DNA of 34,026 bases from Elusimicrobiota bacterium (GTDB lineage Bacteria > CG03 > SLGR01 > JBDRKX01): positions 1-34,026 of the forward strand of contig JBDRKX010000113.1 in NCBI GenBank assembly GCA_043813605.1, written 5' to 3'. Both the position numbers and the translations under genes were made by a program. Of this stretch, positions 28,540-34,026 are shown one piece after another. The notes beneath the pieces were generated by a model, which had not been told where the DNA came from, searched no databases, and was given only the letters and a program-made list of their open reading frames with translations. Positions within the stretch are counted from its first letter, which is position 1; each line of letters starts with the position of its first letter.

Positions 28540-30465
28540 CTAGTGCAATCTAAGCCACTTTTTCAGTTCTGCGTTTTCAGGATTGAGTTCAAGGGATCTC
28601 TGATATGATTTTCTGGCATTATCTTCATTTCCGATGGCCAGCCAACAGGTGCCCAGATACTGGTGTGTCTGCCATACATCCGGTTTAATTTTTGCAGACC
28701 AGTTGAACCGGTCTATTGCTTTCTCATAATCTTCTTCTTTATAGGCTTCCAGCCCATTCTCATAATAACTAAAAGCCCGCTCCTCTTCCTCGTCAGGTTC
28801 TATCTCTTCGGTACCGCTTTCAGCAGTTTCTGAATTTTCCAGCGCACTATGCGCAGCTTCGATGATATTCTCGAGCACTCCCCCTATTTCTTCTTCTCCG
28901 AGTTCTTCTTCCCACAGTTCGTCCGCTCCGGATGCAGCGGCACCGGATATAAGTCCTTCAGACTCAAGTTTTTTTATCTTTACTATGATGTCTACCTGGG
29001 TACTCTTTATCTGGCTGCCGGAAACTTTCTTGCCGAACTCTATCTCTTCCTTGAGGAGCGCTGCGGCGCCTTCGGACATATTTGCGATAAATTTCTGTTT
29101 AACGTCTTCGGGCGCGTTCTTGAGCGCAATACCCAGGTCCCTGGTCTCGACTTCCTGTATCAGTACCTGTATTGCACTGTCATCAAGATTTAAAACATCT
29201 TCAAAACTGAATATCCTGCTTTTTACTTTTGCCGCGAGGTCAGGGTCTTCTTCAGTCAGATCGTCAAACAGACTCTGCCGGTCGCTTTCATTCATCATTT
29301 CCAGAACACTGACAAGTTTTTCCGAACCTCCTGCCACATAATCGATCTTATTGCTGAGAAACTCGTCTATATGCTGCAGTATCTGCTTTTCCGACCGCTG
29401 TATCCTGACTATACTCATTGCTACCTGTATTCGTTTTTCAGCAGGAAGAGCCGCCATAACCCTTGCTCCTTTATCAGGTTCAAGATAATCGATTATAAGT
29501 GCTCCTATTTCAGGTTTTTCAAAATTCAAAAGGTATGCTATTTTCTTCAGATCCTTGTCTTCAAGAAACTTCAGGGGTTTATATGACATCTTTTCAAACT
29601 CCTTTTCCTTCATAGCTTCAAGGGCCGCGTCTATCTGGACTTCTTCGGCCTCTATATTCTCCTCATCTATATCTTCTTCTTTTGTTTCTTCTTCCATTTC
29701 AGCGGGACCGGGATACCCGCCGCCGATTCCTCCGGTATATTCAGTCTCCCCTTTTATTCCCTTAAGGTCTTTCAGCGTCTGCAGCATGGCAAAGAGAAAT
29801 TTCCTCAACGGCCCGAAAAGGAACAGCCCCAGTATGGTAAGTGTTATCAGCACGAGCGTGACCACGTAAAAATACGGATTAAACAGGAATCCCACAAGAT
29901 CTACGGCCCGGTCGGCAAAATTCACCCTGCGTATAGTCAGCCGGTCACCCCGCGCAGGATTAAGGTCCAGCATATCATTGACAACACTTTCCACAGTCGC
30001 TGCGATCTCGTCCGGAACAGACTTATCCAGGATAAGACTCACTCTTATGCTCTTTATAAACTCAGCAGGCAGAGTAAGTATATCCTCTATTTTTTTTCCT
30101 CCGGACTTTTCGGGCAGGGTCTGCAGTTTTTTCTCTTCGACTTTGCTCTTTAAAGGAATACCCGGAAGGAATTCTTCGGATTCCGGAGTGTCCACATTTT
30201 CCTTGGCTTTTTCAAGCCACTGTTCTGTCTGTACCCTGCTTTTTGTCATGTCAGTCAATTCTACATTGACTATTACATTCGAGCGTCCTTCTCCCACTAT
30301 CCTGGATATAATCCCGCCAAGATGTTCTTCCATTCTCTGTTCAGTCGCCATTTTCTGGTTAATAAGCGTCGTATAGTCGGAAAAATCCGCTGCGTCGGAA
30401 AAATCCGCTGCCGCCGTCAACAACGGCAAAAAGGCCAGTACCAGTAACCTCGTATATTTATTCAT
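28540..30465 (-). CDS. FliF(RBM3)-TM-FliG(M+C)-TPR fusion protein
   Basis: Signal peptide; FliF-C-like IVGEGRSNVIVNVEL...IKSIRVSLILD...LNPARGDRLTI; one TM helix; FliG-like EKPEIGALIIDYL, GG hinge, IFSFED, ALK, NMS; C-terminal TPR pair. Confidence 0.8.
   Translation of the reverse strand: MNKYTRLLVLAFLPLLTAAADFSDAADFSDYTTLINQKMATEQRMEEHLGGIISRIVGEGRSNVIVNVELTDMTKSRVQTEQWLEKAKENVDTPESEEFLPGIPLKSKVEEKKLQTLPEKSGGKKIEDILTLPAEFIKSIRVSLILDKSVPDEIAATVESVVNDMLDLNPARGDRLTIRRVNFADRAVDLVGFLFNPYFYVVTLVLITLTILGLFLFGPLRKFLFAMLQTLKDLKGIKGETEYTGGIGGGYPGPAEMEEETKEEDIDEENIEAEEVQIDAALEAMKEKEFEKMSYKPLKFLEDKDLKKIAYLLNFEKPEIGALIIDYLEPDKGARVMAALPAEKRIQVAMSIVRIQRSEKQILQHIDEFLSNKIDYVAGGSEKLVSVLEMMNESDRQSLFDDLTEEDPDLAAKVKSRIFSFEDVLNLDDSAIQVLIQEVETRDLGIALKNAPEDVKQKFIANMSEGAAALLKEEIEFGKKVSGSQIKSTQVDIIVKIKKLESEGLISGAAASGADELWEEELGEEEIGGVLENIIEAAHSALENSETAESGTEEIEPDEEEERAFSYYENGLEAYKEEDYEKAIDRFNWSAKIKPDVWQTHQYLGTCWLAIGNEDNARKSYQRSLELNPENAELKKWLRLH
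30376..30411. repeat. Perfect 18-bp tandem duplication (GTCGGAAAAATCCGCTGC x2)
   Basis: Read directly; encodes AADFSD twice at the predicted signal-peptide cleavage region. Confidence 0.95.
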
Positions 30466-32062
30466 TGGGTGTTTCCTCGCTTTCTATCTCGGTCTTCTGT
30501 CTGTTAAATATCTCTCTTTCTGTTCTTTCTATGAACTCCTGAAGAGTTTTATCCGCAGGATTGAATTTAAGAGAATTTTTCCAGGATTCCACAGCATTCT
30601 CCTCATTACCCATTGCATAAAAAGCCGAACCCATCCTTTTGTATGCCTGCGCGTTCCTCGGTTCAACTACTATAACATCACGGCATTGCCCTATTACCTG
30701 GGCATATCTGCCTTCATAAAAAAGCTGGAGGGCCTGGTATAGCTTATATTCAGCCAGTGTCATACCTTCCGGCACCTTATAAGTCGGATCCTCTATGTTA
30801 TGGAATGAAGCTATCAGCTCCAGCAGTCTCTTTGCCTGCAGGTCAGTCGGGTTCTTTGATATTATATGGTTCAGGATAAGTATTAATATCTCGTGATTCT
30901 TATCTTCTATATATTCTCTTATACCTCTCCTGAGGAGTTTACTTTTTTCGGTATTATCCACTGCACGCGGTATTATCTTGGCTATCTTGGTAAGCAGGTT
31001 GAGTTTCCTTACAAGGTCCTTATGCGCGGGATTAAGGCTGTAGGCTTTTTCAAAACTCTTGAGACTCATATCGAATACGCCGCTCTTATACGCCGCATCA
31101 CCTTCAACTTCGAATTCCCTGGAGGTCCTCTGTTTGAGTTTTTTTGTTGAATCTCCGAAACTTATAGTAGCTGATATACGGTGAGAACCCCCGAGTTCAT
31201 GCGATGCATAAGCGTAATCCACACCGTAATCATCGTACCTTAAACCGAATCCCATATTGAATTCCTGGGGATCCATACCCATCCTGAGCGCAAGATACTC
31301 CATTGCCCAGTACTCGGCGCCGATATTCAGGGGCATACCGCCCACCCAGCCTATTTTTGCCGTCATATCAACCCCTATCGACAGTTTTTCCCTCAATAAT
31401 TTATAGTTAAGGCCGAACCTGGTAACAATCGGCAGTTTATCCGAAGTACCGAAAGTCAGGGCAAGCAGGTTCTGCATATTCAGCCCTATATTGAGGTATT
31501 CTATAGGAGAATACATTGCGCTTGCATCTATTATGTAACTGCCGCTCGCATGGTCATCAAGAGTATGGCTCATTTTTTTAAGATTGGCCCCTATAGAAAG
31601 GTATTCCATGACTTTCTGGCCGTATGAAATGCCGTATGCGCTCTGTATATCCTCAAATGTATGGGTTTTGCGGTTCTTTGCGTCCCTTCCTTCAAATCCT
31701 CCCAGGAACAATCTTGTTCCCGAAAATCCGAACGTACCGCCGGAACTGGTCGGATGCACGTAACTTACGTAATCGTATACCGTCCCGCCCCACAATATCG
31801 CGTGAAGCGCGGTTATCTCGTTCCTGGAAATATTCGCAAGGCCTGCCGGGTTCCAGTATGTTGCCGTAGAATCATCCGCAAGGGCTACAAACGCTTTCCC
31901 CATACCGAGGGACCTTGCGCCCGCGCCCCAGGACATGAACGCTCCGGGCATACCGCCTTTCCCCGTTTCTTCCGCCCAGTTAAGCGCGAACTGTCCTACG
32001 GCCCCTATGTATATCAGGGCGACTAGAACCGATATCGAATTTTTTACCCTTTTTCCCAGCAT
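30458..32062 (-). CDS. PorV/FadL-like (UPF0164-type) outer-membrane beta-barrel with C-terminal TPR domain
   Basis: Signal peptide, GAGARSLGMGKAFVALADDSTATYWNPAGL hallmark, barrel ending HRISATISFG, then TPR-like helices; 8-bp overlap with the next gene. Confidence 0.82.
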   Translation of the reverse strand: MLGKRVKNSISVLVALIYIGAVGQFALNWAEETGKGGMPGAFMSWGAGARSLGMGKAFVALADDSTATYWNPAGLANISRNEITALHAILWGGTVYDYVSYVHPTSSGGTFGFSGTRLFLGGFEGRDAKNRKTHTFEDIQSAYGISYGQKVMEYLSIGANLKKMSHTLDDHASGSYIIDASAMYSPIEYLNIGLNMQNLLALTFGTSDKLPIVTRFGLNYKLLREKLSIGVDMTAKIGWVGGMPLNIGAEYWAMEYLALRMGMDPQEFNMGFGLRYDDYGVDYAYASHELGGSHRISATISFGDSTKKLKQRTSREFEVEGDAAYKSGVFDMSLKSFEKAYSLNPAHKDLVRKLNLLTKIAKIIPRAVDNTEKSKLLRRGIREYIEDKNHEILILILNHIISKNPTDLQAKRLLELIASFHNIEDPTYKVPEGMTLAEYKLYQALQLFYEGRYAQVIGQCRDVIVVEPRNAQAYKRMGSAFYAMGNEENAVESWKNSLKFNPADKTLQEFIERTEREIFNRQKTEIESEETPNE

Positions 32063-32114
32063 TTTTTACCTTTTTTTATTTTCTCCGTTTTCTCTAAAAA
32101 TTCTCCATAACAAC

Positions 32115-32148
32115 AAAAAACCGATCTACCTGGATAAAGGCAAATCGG
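32115..32148 (-). terminator. Intrinsic terminator of the riboswitch expression platform
   Basis: - strand CCGATTTGCCT-TTATCC-AGGTAGATCGG followed by TTTTTT. Confidence 0.8.
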
Positions 32149-32154
32149 CTAGCT

Positions 32155-32181
32155 AAAAACCGCGGACTTTTACAAGCCGCG
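32155..32181 (-). terminator. Second terminator-like hairpin
   Basis: - strand CGCGG-CTT-GTAA-AAG-T-CCGCG followed by GTTTTT. Confidence 0.45.
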
Positions 32182-32186
32182 ATCTT

Positions 32187-32279
32187 CCCACCGGTGGACC
32201 AGCCCCCCGCCCGTTATTACCGGACGGGGCTGTGACTTTGCGTGCCACCGGTTACCCGATGGTTGCCTTTATCAGTAGG
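32187..32279 (-). ncRNA. c-di-GMP-I (GEMM)-like riboswitch aptamer
   Basis: - strand P1 CCTACTG/CGGTGGG; AAAGGCAA-CCATCGG-GTAA-CCGGTGG-CACGCAAAG (P2 with GNRA loop); P3 CCCCGTCCG/CGGGCGGGG; CACC junction. Confidence 0.8.
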
Positions 32280-32316
32280 ACCTATATTCGGTTGTAGAGG
32301 ACATCTGTCCTATTAC

Positions 32317-32346
32317 ATTAGTAACACGGCGAATACGAATTGTCAA
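32317..32346 (-). promoter_or_regulatory. Putative promoter upstream of the riboswitch
   Basis: Perfect TTGACA (32341-32346), 17 nt, imperfect -10 TACTAA(T) preceded by TGn. Confidence 0.45.
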
Positions 32347-32375
32347 CCTGCTTCCTATTGCCTTTTTTTGCTATA

Positions 32376-34026
32376 TTATCGGATTATTCCTATTTTTCTT
32401 ATCTCTTCAACAGTGCCCTTGGAGGATTTTACCTGTATCCTCAGTATATATCCGCCTTTTGCGACATTAAAATCCTCATCGTTCTTACCGAACCACGGGA
32501 AACTGTTCACACCGCGTTTTCCGCCTTCGGTACCCTTTTCGAACTTCCATCTCTTTACAAGATAACCCATCATATCGTAGAGTTCGACCACGACTTCGGC
32601 GTTCTCGTTAAGTATATACGTTATATCGGTCTTGGCGTCTCCCCTGTCAAACCTGGCAGGATTAGGATAGTTGGAGACTTCGCTGACGGCTTTTTCAGGC
32701 AGTCCTGTTATTGCCGCTTCCGAGACTTCCGACCATTGTCCCCAGTTACCTGCGGCATCCTGCGCCCTTACACGGTAATAATAGAAATTACCTGCCGGTT
32801 TATCCTTGAATACGACGGTGTTCTCGCCGGCAGTAGTATATGTCACATGTTTCCACACCGGCGAAGTGTTCTTCCTTTCCTGGAGTTCATACTGGTATAT
32901 GCCGCTCTCTATAGGGCTGTAATTGTCCAGTGCGGCTGACCATGTCACGTTATAGGTCCGCAGCACCTTGTCCTGTGAAAATTGCTGCGGTATGGGCGAT
33001 CCCGGCACGGTCGGCGGATGAAGGTCTATACGGAATTCGCCTGCTCCGACATACGAATCATACGTGTTCCCATAGTCATCAGCCGTTCTTGAATATACCT
33101 CGAACTGGTATGCGAGTCCGTGTTCCATTGTCAGACTCGATACAGTGGCTTCTACATGAGTGCCCTGGCCGGCTGATAACCACTGCGAATAGAGTTCTTT
33201 TCCTGACGAGCCCGCTCCGCCGGCCCGGTACCAGTTGTCTATAATGCCTCTTGCGGAATTGGTCTCAGAATGCCAGGCCGCGGAAACTGTCGTATTGTCG
33301 TTTATCCATTTCCTGACGGTGACAACAGGAGTAGTAGGCGCAAAAGCATGCCTGATGACCGTATAAGAGGATTCGAAGAACGGGGTCCCGCTCTGTTCTA
33401 TCATCCTCTGTACCGGCGTTATTCCTATTGTAACGTTGTCATTACTGCTGATCTGGACTCTGAGCAGGTTACCCACTCTCGCTTTCTCCGCTACGGTCAA
33501 TGCGAGAAAATAGACTTTTTCTGCAGCCGTTATCACATTATAAGAGGATATATTGACCAGCGATACCCCGCTCGTGAACTTATCGTTTGTAGGTGATAAG
33601 AGCAGATCTTTTGATATATCAAGCGTACCGTTACCGTCATAATCATAGTAGACGTCAACAGAATTAACATCGTCATCACTCGTCTGACCGTAAAGGTCCT
33701 TCTTTATGACTCTCAGGTAATCGAATGTAGGTTTACTGTCAGCGCCTTCAGGAGTATTCGACGATACCCTGACAGTAAATTTAGCCATACAGACACCGTC
33801 ATCTCCCTGGCGCGCTCCTGCCGGAGCTTTGTCTTCCGCCTTAAAGAATACTTCCATCAGTCTTACAGTCGTCAGACCGCTCTGTATCGGGAATATGTCG
33901 AGCTCAGCCGGATCCTGCTGGCCGTTATTCGGATTACTATCATCATACTGCGCCACTATATTCGGCGAAGCGACAAAGAAGAACGCGGAATTATTGAATT
34001 TTGCGCCTGCCGTCCGTATGGGAGTG
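32376..34026 (-). CDS. 3' part of a large secreted/surface protein with FN3-like and C-terminal FlgD-Ig/T9SS-CTD-like domains (5' truncated)
   Basis: Frame stays open from 33956 to the window edge (checked by hand); DYDGNG Ca-binding-like motif, FN3-type YYYRVRAQDAAGNWGQWS, C-terminal NYPNP...LYDMMGYLV...WFGKN...GGYILRI. Confidence 0.8.
   Translation of the reverse strand, partial: TPIRTAGAKFNNSAFFFVASPNIVAQYDDSNPNNGQQDPAELDIFPIQSGLTTVRLMEVFFKAEDKAPAGARQGDDGVCMAKFTVRVSSNTPEGADSKPTFDYLRVIKKDLYGQTSDDDVNSVDVYYDYDGNGTLDISKDLLLSPTNDKFTSGVSLVNISSYNVITAAEKVYFLALTVAEKARVGNLLRVQISSNDNVTIGITPVQRMIEQSGTPFFESSYTVIRHAFAPTTPVVTVRKWINDNTTVSAAWHSETNSARGIIDNWYRAGGAGSSGKELYSQWLSAGQGTHVEATVSSLTMEHGLAYQFEVYSRTADDYGNTYDSYVGAGEFRIDLHPPTVPGSPIPQQFSQDKVLRTYNVTWSAALDNYSPIESGIYQYELQERKNTSPVWKHVTYTTAGENTVVFKDKPAGNFYYYRVRAQDAAGNWGQWSEVSEAAITGLPEKAVSEVSNYPNPARFDRGDAKTDITYILNENAEVVVELYDMMGYLVKRWKFEKGTEGGKRGVNSFPWFGKNDEDFNVAKGGYILRIQVKSSKGTVEEIRKIGIIR

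Noticed and set aside
1..34026. CRISPR arrays, tRNA/rRNA genes, IS elements, integrases
   Set aside because: None seen; intergenic gaps are short and the two long ones are explained by the attenuator and the riboswitch.

Overview
Bacterial (diderm, LPS-producing) chromosomal segment in which every credible gene lies on the - strand. In transcription order (right to left): the 3' end of a large FN3/FlgD-Ig (T9SS-CTD-like) surface protein; a c-di-GMP-I-like riboswitch with a terminator/antiterminator platform; an unusual 7-gene cluster (PorV/FadL-like beta-barrel with TPRs, a FliF-RBM3/TM/FliG/TPR fusion, a 1655-aa coiled-coil protein, FlbD/SwrD, MotA, MotB, O-antigen-ligase-like TPR protein) with no other flagellar genes in the window; an unannotated Trp leader peptide and attenuator; trpE-D-G-C-F-B-A; a degenerate second TrpF-like gene; accD, folC, lptD-like, Crp/Fnr regulator, small Ogt, DUF368, tatA, tatC; a Tat-signal-bearing AmmeMemoRadiSam radical SAM enzyme; and gnnB/gnnA-like-lpxB-hldD LPS genes. 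The best candidate for an undescribed system is the riboswitch-controlled, apparently flagellum-independent rotary motor (19652-32279). The gene repertoire reminds me of Elusimicrobiota, but that is an unverified impression. All calls come from reading motifs by eye; no searches were run.
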